A stretch of 64,000 nt of DNA, taken from positions 32,001-96,000 of the IMG/VR virus record IMGVR_UViG_3300031715_000001. One strand, given 5' to 3'. This stretch comes from a virus. The notes below the pieces were generated by a model, which was not told where the DNA came from, made no database searches, and saw only the letters and a program-made list of their open reading frames with translations. This document shows positions 17,817 to 28,627 of this stretch, piece by piece (position 1 is the first letter of the stretch; every line of letters begins with the position of its first letter). A program made the position numbers and the translations under genes.

Positions 17817-19940
17817 TTAATTAAAACACGCATTCGCTGCATAGAATGTATCCCCACTTGTTCCATCAGTGACGACAGGCGTTTTAGAACCAGCCGTAGT
17901 CGTAATCAACGCAACAGACCCGTCCTGCGTGTTGCCATAAATTGTGTGGGCATAACTGAACGAATTGCCGGATGCGGGGGCCGTCGTTAAAGATCCGTTG
18001 ACGCCAAACCCAGCCAAACAGAAATCATTCGTTCCTGTCGTAGTTACCGATGGTCCTGTGCAAGTAGTCCCGCTACAAGTCCCCGCATTTGTCGCTCCGC
18101 CCGAGCCGTCCTGGGACCAACTACTCCCAGAACCCTTGGCAACTTGATAGATCGTAAGCTCCGCGTTTGTTACAGCGCCGCTAAATACGATGTGAATTTG
18201 TGATGCTGCGGTACTGGGAGCACTCACAAACCAAATAGAAGGCGTCATGTGGCCCGTGGCAGCGGTCGCCCCGGCAGCTTTTGACATGGTGCCACCCGTA
18301 ATGCAAGAACCCCCGGAAGACAAACAGACAGAGGATGTCGAAATCGCCGCGCTTCCGCTTTGCTGCGCTATCTCAACCGCCATGAGATTGTTCTGAATAG
18401 AGGCTTTAGTCAGCGCGAAATTTAGGGATGATCCACTAGTAGCTTGATCCGACTCGCCATCTATGATACCGATGCCACCAGACCCCCAAAATCCAACAAC
18501 GTCTCCTGTCCACCCTGTACTCCCCGATGCCGACAGTGTGAATGTGAATGGTGGCCCAATGGTTCCTGCCGATGGGATGCAATGCCCAAATGGATTATTC
18601 TGCCAAAGCGGTTGTGGTCCATCTATAGGCTCACCGCCGAAAGATCCAGCATCGAATTGACAGTTCGATCCCGTCCCGGAGGGAGCCGTCAACGCAATAG
18701 CGGTGTTCGTTCCCTCCGACCCAACGGCCTCTGAAATTCCCACGGATGGCAGAGGACTCCAGGTAGGCCCAGATGAAACCGCATCAAAGGCTAACGATGT
18801 AGCACCGCTGCTCCCGCTTGAGAAAGAAGCGCGACCTGCCGTAACGCTAGTGGGCGCATTGACGTACTCTCTCAACACAAACGTACAATCTTGGGACGTA
18901 GCAACGGTGAAGGTCAGGTCTCCTGGGGATGTCGCCGCCGCGTTGGCAAGATAATACTCATTGAGTCCGCCGACCGAGCCGTTAAATGTGGTAGTCCAGG
19001 TACGGCCCGCATCCGTAATCGCGGTCGGCCCAGCGCTGATACAAGAATTGGTGTCGGTAAGTAAGCTCCCGCTGGCGTTGGGAAATTGCACCTTAAAGGA
19101 TGTGGCCGATGAGCTATTCGGTTCTGAATAACCCAACATGCGGCTGACATATACTCCACTTGGGGCTGTACCGGCAGACGCAGATTTGAATGCAATGAGA
19201 AATTCCGTATAACTGGAAGATGTTCCCAGCGTTATGGTGGGGTTCTGTACCCCTGCCGAAGTAGCGACAGTCCAACCTACAGCACAATCGTCCTGTAGGT
19301 TACTAGGCCCTTGCGTCCATCCACCCGGAAAGGTGATAGATGCTTGGACTTGGCTACTGGCCGGACAAACCTGAGCCAGAACAAGATCGTTTGCCGCCGT
19401 GGTGGTTATGCTGGCGCAATTGGCGGACGTTGTTGCAGCGTGACTACAACTTGTGTCCACATCCACCGGGCTAGAGGTTGCAATGTTATAAAACTCCCAG
19501 ACTTGGGCGCTGGCGTTGCTGACGGCTGTTGTTCCGAACGTAACGTTTGTCTTGATAGCCCCAGCGGTCACATTTGGCGCATAGGCAATACCATTCCACA
19601 GGTTAGTCCCGCTTGGGTCTTGTGATCCTGAGAGCACGGTAAAAGAATTGCTCTTATCGTCTGCTGCCGTCGCCGTTACCGAAGTACTGGCATGGGCATA
19701 CTGAAACGGAACTACCCTGAGGTTCCCGCTGAGCGCCGGGTATGACGCCTGGAGACAATAGGAAAAGGTAGGACAGGCGGTCTGGCCTGTAGGGTTACTA
19801 CCCACGCTTGTGCCGGTCGTGCTATTGCTTGCGCTTGCGCTGACGAAGCCGGGAGTGGCCGGTACAACAGAATTGAAAACTGTCGGAACAAATTGACCAA
19901 AACAAGCGCCTGCTGCTAACAATACAGATAACACTCGCAT
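17817..19940 (-). CDS. Ser/Thr-rich exported or fibre-like protein
   Basis: 707 aa; signal peptide; repeated beta-sandwich-like units. Confidence 0.65.
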   Translation of the reverse strand: MRVLSVLLAAGACFGQFVPTVFNSVVPATPGFVSASASNSTTGTSVGSNPTGQTACPTFSYCLQASYPALSGNLRVVPFQYAHASTSVTATAADDKSNSFTVLSGSQDPSGTNLWNGIAYAPNVTAGAIKTNVTFGTTAVSNASAQVWEFYNIATSSPVDVDTSCSHAATTSANCASITTTAANDLVLAQVCPASSQVQASITFPGGWTQGPSNLQDDCAVGWTVATSAGVQNPTITLGTSSSYTEFLIAFKSASAGTAPSGVYVSRMLGYSEPNSSSATSFKVQFPNASGSLLTDTNSCISAGPTAITDAGRTWTTTFNGSVGGLNEYYLANAAATSPGDLTFTVATSQDCTFVLREYVNAPTSVTAGRASFSSGSSGATSLAFDAVSSGPTWSPLPSVGISEAVGSEGTNTAIALTAPSGTGSNCQFDAGSFGGEPIDGPQPLWQNNPFGHCIPSAGTIGPPFTFTLSASGSTGWTGDVVGFWGSGGIGIIDGESDQATSGSSLNFALTKASIQNNLMAVEIAQQSGSAAISTSSVCLSSGGSCITGGTMSKAAGATAATGHMTPSIWFVSAPSTAASQIHIVFSGAVTNAELTIYQVAKGSGSSWSQDGSGGATNAGTCSGTTCTGPSVTTTGTNDFCLAGFGVNGSLTTAPASGNSFSYAHTIYGNTQDGSVALITTTAGSKTPVVTDGTSGDTFYAANACFN

Positions 19941-19942
19941 GA

Positions 19943-22900
19943 CTAGTTCGCCTGCACCACTAACAGCCTCGGAAAGGTTACATCGGCTGAGTAAAAGTTG
20001 ATATTACCTGTCGCTGTATCGGTAGCCCGCCCGACCTGTACAATCATCAATCCCCCTGCAATACAACCGCTCATTTGTGTAGCACCGAATTGAACATTCG
20101 AGCCGTTATAGAAGCCGTTCGCTACCGCGCTAGCTCCGAATGTGACGGTACTTGATGACTGCGCCGCTGAAAAGGTAGCGTCATCCGACACCGTGCCATT
20201 TCCGGCAGTAGGGCACGATACCTTCACCTGTGGGATTACGGTATGCCCGTTAGTTGTATCGGAAGCAGCCGAGAAATAAAAGCGGACGTATGGATTGGTC
20301 GCCGTATCCCAATCTTCAGGAATAGTTAGTGAGAACTGAGCAAACGTGCTGGAGGTGTCGGTAATAGTAACGAATCCGCCCTGGTTGTTTGTTCCTGCCC
20401 GGCAGCCAACGGTGCCTCCCGATCCAATTGACCAACCCGCTCCAGCCGTAGTGTTATTGCAATTAGCTGCCGGGATCTGAAGGCGTTCGGGGAAGTCTAT
20501 ATAGGTTGGTTTGGTGCTAGCACCCTGAGAAACAAATACTTGCCCGCTAGTCCCCGCAACAGAGGACTGAAAAGCACCGGTTGATGTAGTACCGCCTAAG
20601 ATAGGAGCGAAAGCCGTAACAGACGTGTCGCCAGTGCCGCCCCCTGAGACAGTAATCGTTGGTAGATCTCCGGTTGCAATAGCCCTGAATGCTGGAGCGC
20701 CTGCAGTGGCGAACAATGCATGAGTCGTTGTCGTGTCAGCCGAGATGGTAGCCTCAGCTTGCGAGCCTTGACCGATCACGACAGCGTTGTTGGTCAATGC
20801 TGCCGCACTGGTTACCTGGGTGGCCGGGTTTAAAGAAAACTGAGCGTACGTGATGGCACTTCCAGAAGATCCGATGGCCGTCACCTGGGACGTGAGAAGC
20901 CAAGAAGTGGTCCCGTTGACGGTGCCGGATTGAACAGGAATGCTTCCGGTATTGTTGACGTCGGACGGCGTATCGTAGTCTAAAGCTCGCGTGAACACGG
21001 TGCTTATGCCCGTAGTCCCCACCACGGTCACTGTGTATACGCCATTGTAAGCTGCCGTGGATAGATTCTTTAGTAGGTAACGCTGCCCGGTTCCACTAAC
21101 AGTCACGCCGTCAATGGTCGTCGTCCCGGTTGCTGTCAGGGTATACGTGTCACCGATACCACCCCCGACCTGCACGTACGTACCTGGGATATTAGCGGTA
21201 GTAGCTGCAAGTACGGCAACCGCTGGATTGACGGCTGCGATGGCATTCGATACGGCGGTGGTAACGAAAGCGTCAGTGGCGAGGTCGGTCGAATTATCAC
21301 CGGCTGTCTGGGTGGGAGCGGTGGGGGTACCGGTCAGCGCAGGACTAGCGGAAAGAACAGCCGTGGTGCCCGTTCCGGTGGTGGTGGTGGCAATGAGTTG
21401 CTTACTGCTGTTGGTTCCTAGCAAGGTGGCTGATGTTGGAATTGCAGCGCCTTCGACCTGCACCACCGTAGCAGCCACAGATCCAGAACCGGACGCCGTC
21501 ACATCGCCAGTTAATGCGCTGATACCTCCGCCCGAGGCAGCAGCCCCCGCAGGATTCATGTCAATCAGCGGAAGAGTGGTGGAGAGAGTAGCCGAAATAC
21601 CGTCTCCGAACATACCGGCAGGCAGCGTTCCGGCAACCGCCATGACGATACCAACAGTGGAACCTTGCCCGGACGTACATGAACTCGTTCCACCAGAATC
21701 CGTCACTTGGCCAGCCGTTGAGCCCGCGCAAACGGTATGGTTTAACGTCACCGCTGAGGAGGCGTTGATCGGGATCAAGCTCCCAATCTTAGCCACATGC
21801 ACAGTATTCGTAAGGACTTTTTCAGCAGCGCCTAGCCAATTCGTAGGACTAGCAGGGCAATCAGCGACAGTGTTAGCTGTGGCCGCAACAGGGCATTCCA
21901 AATTGAACTGTGTCGCTGTTGTACCTTTATCGTATGGCTGTAAGAGTATCAACGGCCCCTGCAAACCTTGTGTTGTTCCGGTGGACTCTCCGCCTTGCAA
22001 CTGCAAGCTCCCCGCTACCGAAGCCGCATTCGCCACAGCGTTGTTTCCGCCGCGCACAAGCGTGTAACCACCGACCGAAGAAGAACCGCCACCAGCCTGG
22101 CTATCCGCACCACGAAAGACACCACCTGGGAGCGTGCCATTCAGGGCTGTATCTAATCCACCATCATAAACCCCTGGATTTCCGCTATTGTTGTACATGG
22201 TGTTTCCGGGAGCCGAAAAATTGCTCGTGGTTAACTGACCCCCGAAACCACCACCCATCGAAATAACGCCGTTCCCTAGATTCACCGTTGAATAGGCCGA
22301 ATAAGCATTGGCCCCATTGCCCCAAATCATGGGCTGCGCGTTGGTTGAGTTGATGCCGAAGTTGTCGGTGGCTGTTGCGGTGAAGCCCGCAGCGGCGGGG
22401 ATTTTTAAGTTACCGGCGCTTCCATCGAAGATACCTCCTGATCCGAGGGTGATCGTAGTTCCAGAGTAGGTAAGTTGGCTAATTCCGCCGAACGCGCCCG
22501 CGTTATTATATTGAATCTGTGTGCTACTGCCTCCGGGACTTCCGCCTCCGCCGCCCGAGGGAGTAACTGCGTTATAGCAAGGATTGGGGCTACCTCCGGT
22601 CGTGTATTCGATCGCCTGGCCATTGGTTGGGGTAAACCCCGAGCACAGAGGAACTCCGTTAATTCCGGCCACGGTGGTTGCTGGGAAGGTACCAGAAACA
22701 TCTCCGGTGAACACGCCCGCATTTACCAGGTCAGCGGCTGGAACCAACCCATAGGTTATTTGCGACACGTTGCTACTGGGAGCGCCGACAAGCATGACTC
22801 CTGCGGCTGAAGGGCCGGTAGGTGACGCCTGTAAACCGTAACCTGTGAACGTTGCTACATCAGGACCTATAAAACTGAATATATTCGCTAGTATCGGCCA

Positions 22901-24679
22901 CAGGGTGGTGTTGCCGACGAGTTGGACAACCCCTGAATTAACCCCATTGTTGGCGGAAGAGACCGGGCCTGGGAAGGTTGTGGTGGCTACTCCCGTCGCG
23001 CTGCCGGTGTGGGTGAAGGCGATGGTAGAGGCGGCATCGGTTCCATTCCCCGGCTGAAATTGAAGCGAGACGCAGCCCTTGGTTGAAGCCGCCGCGTGCC
23101 ATTCGTTACCGCAGGAGAGATCTAGGGATGGACCGCTTTGGGAAGTACTGGAGGTTGCGGCGGTTGTGTTGTACCAGGCAAACGCATCTGCCAACGCTGA
23201 GGTGTAGTCAAAAACCGACGTGTCCCCGGTCATGCTAAGGGTGAGGTTTCCGGTTGGGTTGCCGATAGCGCTCCAAATTACCGAGCCCGATCCAACAGCC
23301 CCGCAGGTTAGCGTGTGGCTTGGATAGACCAGTGCATGTGCGCCGTCATTGGCACAGACGGGGATGGCTTGAGTGCTTGGGATTGCTGAGGAGGCAGTGA
23401 AATTACCGAAGATGTTGTCCGCGCCGACGCTGGCTAATCCGCCTGCCGGGAGGCCAAGCGCATTTGCTAGATTTACGCTGACTGGCGTTCCAAGTGCAGG
23501 AGCTACCAAGGTTTTACTGGAGAGGGTTTGGGGGTCGGTGGTGCCGACTATCGTACCTGTGGGCGCAGCCACCGTGGTTCCCCACGAGGTGCCTGAAACT
23601 ACAATCGGAACGCCGGAGCCGGTAGGATAGACCATCCCGCTTCCGCTCCCAAGGGCGGTCCATATATTTGTAGTAGCGCAGCCTTTGAACGTCGCCGCCA
23701 CGGTATTAAATTCGATCTGACCAGCCGCGCAACTTGCTGGGTCGGAGGCATGGTTGGGGAGTAACAGATCCACAGCGCTGAAACTCTGCAACCCTGTGGA
23801 GTACGTATTCGCTTGGTCGTTGAATACAACATCGCTGGCTAGGCGCGCTTTTGCAAGCGTCCCAGTCCACCCTGCCGTAAGGACTCCGCCAGATAGTGAA
23901 AGCGTTACATTGGTATCATTCGCGGTGGATGTGACCGTGCCTAAACAGGACCCACTGCCGAACAATGCGTGGGTGGCGTCACAAGTACCAGTCCACAGGC
24001 CAATTATGTCGCTAGCCAACGCAGACGCCGTCCCTCCAGCCCCATTACCTTTGAGTGGAGCGCTTCCGGAAGTTGCGGCCACGTAATCGGTGCCAGCAAC
24101 AGCTAATCCCGCCACACCGCTGGTAACCTTCACGATTCCCGTACCGGAGGGAGCAGGACCAGCCGGACCAGCCGGTCCAGTTGCGCCAGTCGCCCCAGGG
24201 ACTCCGGGGAGTCCCCACGTCATGGTGACAGACCCGGTGATGGAGCCTCCCGCCACCACCATCCGGATGTCGATGAGGTCATTCACGGCTGTCGTGAAAT
24301 TAGCGGTGCTGCCGCATGTGATATTTGCCGGCGCGGAAGAACTGCCATTGACAGGGCACGTCACTGTTTGCGGCAACGTGTTGTCCATAAATGTAAATGT
24401 GGCCGTGACGCCGGCACCTAGAGCGGAACTCCAGCGCGCCGCGAAATTTGAAATAGAACCAGCGATCAGTACAGGCGTTTGGACAACGGTCTCAGTCGTG
24501 TTGGCCGCGATATTGCCGCCGGCTGCCGGGAAGTAGTAAGTGCCTGCGATATAGGTGGCGGATGCAACCGCGGAACTTCCGCCGCCTCCCCCGCCGCCGC
24601 CCGTGCCGCCCGGACCATTGACGAACTGAGCCTGGACGAATGCGCACACGAATACGGCAAAGAAAAGAAGTCTTCTCAT
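19943..24679 (-). CDS. Long tail-fibre-like protein
   Basis: 1578 aa; collagen-like GATGATGPAGPAGP; PGGSSTQIQYNNAGAFGG and SPALTGTPTAPT fibre motifs; signal peptide. Confidence 0.75.
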   Translation of the reverse strand: MRRLLFFAVFVCAFVQAQFVNGPGGTGGGGGGGGSSAVASATYIAGTYYFPAAGGNIAANTTETVVQTPVLIAGSISNFAARWSSALGAGVTATFTFMDNTLPQTVTCPVNGSSSAPANITCGSTANFTTAVNDLIDIRMVVAGGSITGSVTMTWGLPGVPGATGATGPAGPAGPAPSGTGIVKVTSGVAGLAVAGTDYVAATSGSAPLKGNGAGGTASALASDIIGLWTGTCDATHALFGSGSCLGTVTSTANDTNVTLSLSGGVLTAGWTGTLAKARLASDVVFNDQANTYSTGLQSFSAVDLLLPNHASDPASCAAGQIEFNTVAATFKGCATTNIWTALGSGSGMVYPTGSGVPIVVSGTSWGTTVAAPTGTIVGTTDPQTLSSKTLVAPALGTPVSVNLANALGLPAGGLASVGADNIFGNFTASSAIPSTQAIPVCANDGAHALVYPSHTLTCGAVGSGSVIWSAIGNPTGNLTLSMTGDTSVFDYTSALADAFAWYNTTAATSSTSQSGPSLDLSCGNEWHAAASTKGCVSLQFQPGNGTDAASTIAFTHTGSATGVATTTFPGPVSSANNGVNSGVVQLVGNTTLWPILANIFSFIGPDVATFTGYGLQASPTGPSAAGVMLVGAPSSNVSQITYGLVPAADLVNAGVFTGDVSGTFPATTVAGINGVPLCSGFTPTNGQAIEYTTGGSPNPCYNAVTPSGGGGGSPGGSSTQIQYNNAGAFGGISQLTYSGTTITLGSGGIFDGSAGNLKIPAAAGFTATATDNFGINSTNAQPMIWGNGANAYSAYSTVNLGNGVISMGGGFGGQLTTSNFSAPGNTMYNNSGNPGVYDGGLDTALNGTLPGGVFRGADSQAGGGSSSVGGYTLVRGGNNAVANAASVAGSLQLQGGESTGTTQGLQGPLILLQPYDKGTTATQFNLECPVAATANTVADCPASPTNWLGAAEKVLTNTVHVAKIGSLIPINASSAVTLNHTVCAGSTAGQVTDSGGTSSCTSGQGSTVGIVMAVAGTLPAGMFGDGISATLSTTLPLIDMNPAGAAASGGGISALTGDVTASGSGSVAATVVQVEGAAIPTSATLLGTNSSKQLIATTTTGTGTTAVLSASPALTGTPTAPTQTAGDNSTDLATDAFVTTAVSNAIAAVNPAVAVLAATTANIPGTYVQVGGGIGDTYTLTATGTTTIDGVTVSGTGQRYLLKNLSTAAYNGVYTVTVVGTTGISTVFTRALDYDTPSDVNNTGSIPVQSGTVNGTTSWLLTSQVTAIGSSGSAITYAQFSLNPATQVTSAAALTNNAVVIGQGSQAEATISADTTTTHALFATAGAPAFRAIATGDLPTITVSGGGTGDTSVTAFAPILGGTTSTGAFQSSVAGTSGQVFVSQGASTKPTYIDFPERLQIPAANCNNTTAGAGWSIGSGGTVGCRAGTNNQGGFVTITDTSSTFAQFSLTIPEDWDTATNPYVRFYFSAASDTTNGHTVIPQVKVSCPTAGNGTVSDDATFSAAQSSSTVTFGASAVANGFYNGSNVQFGATQMSGCIAGGLMIVQVGRATDTATGNINFYSADVTFPRLLVVQAN

Positions 24680-24748
24680 GAAGTTGGAACCTTAAAGTTG
24701 AAATTGGTGGAGAGCGGGGAGCTTTACGCTAGATCTCTAGGGCGCATA

Positions 24749-27700
24749 TTATTTGGCGGTCACTGTCCAGGCCGAGCCATCACAGTAGGCTTCGACGTGG
24801 TTTGATCCCCCGCCGGTGATTGTCGCTCCCCACGTGTTGGTCACTGAGTCGGTAACGGGCGCATGGCGCCCTTCGTTTCCGGATGCACAGGTAGCCAGAG
24901 CCGAGAATGAATTGGTTTTCGATCCGTAGGACCCGACGTCATCAAGCGACCAAGCCAGCGCTTTGGCGTTGTTCAAAATCTGGTACTGGCCCGCGCTGGC
25001 TACGCGAAAGTATTTTATGGGCGACGTGGCGCCGGTCTCCACATTTTCGAAAATCATCTCGTTGGTGTCGCTGGTTGCGTTGAAGCGGTAACGAGCCGGT
25101 GTCTCGAAGGTGGCGTATTGGGTGGCGGCCGTATAGGCGTTCAACTCAGTCGAATCAACAAGCGGAACTCCAGACGACGCCTGCACTGGCGCCCTCATGA
25201 CCAAACGTGTCGGCGGTGTCGATGTATCCAGCCTGATGCTGCGAAAGGTTCCCCCAAATTTCGGATTAATGAAGGAAACCAAGTCGGACGAGGTTTGGAC
25301 CTTGACGTCGCCGCCCAAGCCCGATGCATTATTGCTCCCGAACGTAGTGTTGCCGAACGACACGATGGCGCTGTTATCGATAAGCCCCGCGAATACGGAG
25401 CCGCTGACGGAATTGGAGAAAAAGGAATTGTCTATCTGAACGTTTCGCGCGTTGTGCGTATAGAGCGATGACGTTGAGGCGGTCCCATCGACGATCAACT
25501 GATCGAAAAACGAGAACATCGATTGCAGCGAATTGGTGTTCTCTATTTGTACGGCGACTGCCCACGCACCATAGATTCTGATCCCAAAGCCGTAGGTTGC
25601 TCCAGCAGCGGCCGCCGTGGTGGCAAGATCATGAAACGCTATCTGCCCGGTTCCCGCCGGCGGATTGATGACAACATTGTAGAAGCTGTTCTCTCCGGCG
25701 CTCCCCGTCTTGTCATGATGAACTGCGTCGCAACTGACATTGGTAATACCCAGATTGCCGAAACCGGATGCCTGCGTGAGGGCGATATTGAGGCCGTTAC
25801 AGCCGCCATAGAGAGATGCATCGGAGACGAAGTCAGGAACTCCGCCCAGGCCGCCGTAACTCGACACCACGACGTCGTCCTTTGTGGTGCTCTGGTTGTC
25901 CACCGTCAACTTGTGGAGTCCGACGCGGTCGCGTCCTATGGGGCCCGGATTTTGACTGTCGCAGGTGAACCGGAAGGCAGGATTCGGAATCGTGGCATCG
26001 TAGACCAAGACCACACCGCTTCGCGAGGTGCCGACTATTTCCACGAGGTTTAGATAGACCTCTACCCCGGCGTGCATTGTGAAGGTCCCGTCGGGAATGG
26101 TTACCGTGCCGGAGTGGCCGCCGAAGTTGGGATCCACTGGAAGAGCCCACATTGCTTCATCGATGCCGGCGGTTGCGCTCGATATCGTCCAGGAGCCGGT
26201 ATGATTATTAGCCGGCACAAAGGTGAGGGTTCCAGTGGAGGCGCCGGACGTGCACGTTCCACCGGTGATGAGCACCGCCTCGGCGGTTCCCGTCCCGGCC
26301 GAAATCCACTTGTAGTCGCGCGCGTTCGTCCCGTTCACCCCTAAAGGACAGGGAGCCATGTTGGCTGTGTTCGTAAGCCCCGCAATGAGGGTTCCTCCTG
26401 GACTTTGGGCTTGAAAGTTGTAATCAGCGGCATTATTGATGGCCAGCGTGCTGAACTGCAGTGTCGGCGTCACGATATTGGGCGCGACGCGCAAATAGTT
26501 AAGCTGCGCTCCCGTTCCCAGCCCGAGGCCGCCATTTGCGAGCTGTAATATTCCAGTCACATCCGTTGTGAGCCCGACCGGGGAATAAGCTGGAGGACCG
26601 GCCACGTTTCCGTGCAGCAAGGTGGTCGTCGTTCCTAGGGTCGAGAGCGCCGAAGTCCCCTGCGAACCGGCCCCGATGATCAGAGCGTTCAGCGTCTCCG
26701 CCGCGGCGCTCGTTACGCACGTCGGGCAGGCGATCGCGCCCGTAGCCGTGATCGGACCTCCGGTGATTGGACCGGTGGTCGTGATGCTCGTGACCGTGCC
26801 CGTTCCAGCCGTGTTAGCGACCCATTGGACACCGCCTGGTTGGGCGGAATTGGACTCCAGGACGAAGCCGTTGGTGCCCGCAACCGTGATCCCGAAGGTT
26901 CCGGTGCCGGTCCCGGTGACGATTCCGCCTTTGGCAACCCCGCTCGAATCGAAGCCGGTTCCGCCTTGCGCGGGCGTCACCGCCGCATTGGTGGTTAATA
27001 CCGTGGCGCTGGCGTTCGGGAATGCAAAGGTCTTGAGCGAAGTGGTGGGTCCTGAGACGGCGAAAAAGCCGTTGCCTGATCCACCGCTCGCGCCCGGCAG
27101 AATTCCCGCGACATCGGTGGTCAGAGTAACCGGAAGAAAAGAGCCGGTGCCTCCAGCGTTGCCGTGGTAGACCGTCGTCGTACTTCCAAGCGTCCCCAGC
27201 ACCGTCGCGTCGTTTGCACCATTGCCGATCAGCAGTTGTCCCGCAAAGAGTGGGCCGCTCGAGTTGGTAACCGTCCCCGCGCCCGCTACGGTCGCCCAGG
27301 TTCCATCGCCGCGCCAGAAAGTGATGCTCGACGCTCCCGTGCCGCCGTTCAAGTTTGAAACTGGTAGATTACCGGTCACGCCGCCATTTCCCGAGGCCGC
27401 CAGGTTGATCGCCGCCAGGCGCGCCCCTGCGACTGTTCCGCCCGAGAGATTGTTACCGTTCGTTGCGTCAATGGTCGCCGAAGGCGAAAAGCCGGTGCCG
27501 TTCGTGGTTGTGACGATCGTGGCGCAGCTTCCGGCCGCTTTCTGCACATCTCCGGTAAAAGCGGGAACTTGAGGACAGAGCAGCGAGCCGCTCAATACGG
27601 AAGCGGGCAGGCTTGTGATCCAGGCGGGATTCGAATAGCTTCCCGTCGAGACGATGAGATTCGCCGCCGGAATCGAACTGTCGATGATATTGCCGCTCGA

Positions 27701-28627
27701 ATCGAAGAACGGAATATCCCCTGTCGAAAAGACACCTGATCCGCTGGTGAGTTTCCCGCTGTTTCCATACAGCGAAGTGATGGGCACGCCTAGGATCTGA
27801 TTGGCGTTATTGATTCCGGTTCCTGAAAAGGTCAAGACACTGCTCGATCCGACCGTCAGGGTCTGGCCGGTGTTATTCACTCCGGTCAGGATGGAGGAAA
27901 AGGTGGTGGATCCGCCGCCTCCCCCTCCGCCCGCGCCCGGCGCCCAATAATTGCCGTTCCAGGTGAGCACGTTGCCGATCGAAGCGCCGGCGTTTGAGAT
28001 TTGCGCGGGTGCGATGATGCCGGTAGAAGGAGGCGGGCAACCGACTGAGGATTCGACGATGTTGAGCGAGACCGGGGAGGAGGAGACTGGGACGTACCAG
28101 TATCGTGAGCTGGCCTGCCCATTGAGCCGGTATTGGACTTGAAAACAGCCGATCGGCAACATGGCCGCGGTGGGGAACAAAGAGATGTTGACCGCACCGT
28201 TTGTGATCGAGACGGTCTCCGAGCCGGGAAAAATCACCTGCCGCGGATTGGCGTCGTTGGTGTAACGCCCCCACGAAATTACGATCGTGCCGCTTGGATG
28301 CGTATTGTTCGGCCAGGTGATGGTGTCGGAGATCTGGGTCAGCGCGGACTGCCCGAAAACATTGAGTGAAAACGCTAAAGCGATGGTAAGATACAGAATG
28401 AGCCGCGCGACGTTGACGCGCCGCAGCGGCTCGGCACGAGACCCATAGGAGGGGTCAACATGCAAACCAATATTACACCTGCGCTCAGTTGGCACATCCA
28501 GGATATTTCCGGGCAGACCTTTGGAGCGCTCATCGTCGAAGAATTTAGTCATGTTGGAAAGAGACATACGACCTACTGGAAATGCCGTTGCGCATGCGGG
28601 GTGGTGAGAACCATCCGTCAGGACCAA
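24749..28627 (-). CDS. Tail-fibre/tailspike-like protein with C-terminal beta-helix; real start probably near 28410
   Basis: Repeated DVTGILxxANGG fibre motifs and GTVTIPDGTF beta-helix entry; signal peptide RLILYLTIALAFSLNVFG|Q. The 5' extension overlaps the HNH gene. Confidence 0.7.
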   Translation of the reverse strand: MVLTDGSHHPACATAFPVGRMSLSNMTKFFDDERSKGLPGNILDVPTERRCNIGLHVDPSYGSRAEPLRRVNVARLILYLTIALAFSLNVFGQSALTQISDTITWPNNTHPSGTIVISWGRYTNDANPRQVIFPGSETVSITNGAVNISLFPTAAMLPIGCFQVQYRLNGQASSRYWYVPVSSSPVSLNIVESSVGCPPPSTGIIAPAQISNAGASIGNVLTWNGNYWAPGAGGGGGGGSTTFSSILTGVNNTGQTLTVGSSSVLTFSGTGINNANQILGVPITSLYGNSGKLTSGSGVFSTGDIPFFDSSGNIIDSSIPAANLIVSTGSYSNPAWITSLPASVLSGSLLCPQVPAFTGDVQKAAGSCATIVTTTNGTGFSPSATIDATNGNNLSGGTVAGARLAAINLAASGNGGVTGNLPVSNLNGGTGASSITFWRGDGTWATVAGAGTVTNSSGPLFAGQLLIGNGANDATVLGTLGSTTTVYHGNAGGTGSFLPVTLTTDVAGILPGASGGSGNGFFAVSGPTTSLKTFAFPNASATVLTTNAAVTPAQGGTGFDSSGVAKGGIVTGTGTGTFGITVAGTNGFVLESNSAQPGGVQWVANTAGTGTVTSITTTGPITGGPITATGAIACPTCVTSAAAETLNALIIGAGSQGTSALSTLGTTTTLLHGNVAGPPAYSPVGLTTDVTGILQLANGGLGLGTGAQLNYLRVAPNIVTPTLQFSTLAINNAADYNFQAQSPGGTLIAGLTNTANMAPCPLGVNGTNARDYKWISAGTGTAEAVLITGGTCTSGASTGTLTFVPANNHTGSWTISSATAGIDEAMWALPVDPNFGGHSGTVTIPDGTFTMHAGVEVYLNLVEIVGTSRSGVVLVYDATIPNPAFRFTCDSQNPGPIGRDRVGLHKLTVDNQSTTKDDVVVSSYGGLGGVPDFVSDASLYGGCNGLNIALTQASGFGNLGITNVSCDAVHHDKTGSAGENSFYNVVINPPAGTGQIAFHDLATTAAAAGATYGFGIRIYGAWAVAVQIENTNSLQSMFSFFDQLIVDGTASTSSLYTHNARNVQIDNSFFSNSVSGSVFAGLIDNSAIVSFGNTTFGSNNASGLGGDVKVQTSSDLVSFINPKFGGTFRSIRLDTSTPPTRLVMRAPVQASSGVPLVDSTELNAYTAATQYATFETPARYRFNATSDTNEMIFENVETGATSPIKYFRVASAGQYQILNNAKALAWSLDDVGSYGSKTNSFSALATCASGNEGRHAPVTDSVTNTWGATITGGGSNHVEAYCDGSAWTVTAK

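Noticed and set aside
21114-27572. Long + strand Pro/Val/Ala-rich ORFs opposite the fibre genes (and similar ORFs opposite other late genes)
   Set aside because: Antisense shadows of GC-rich Gly/Thr codons.
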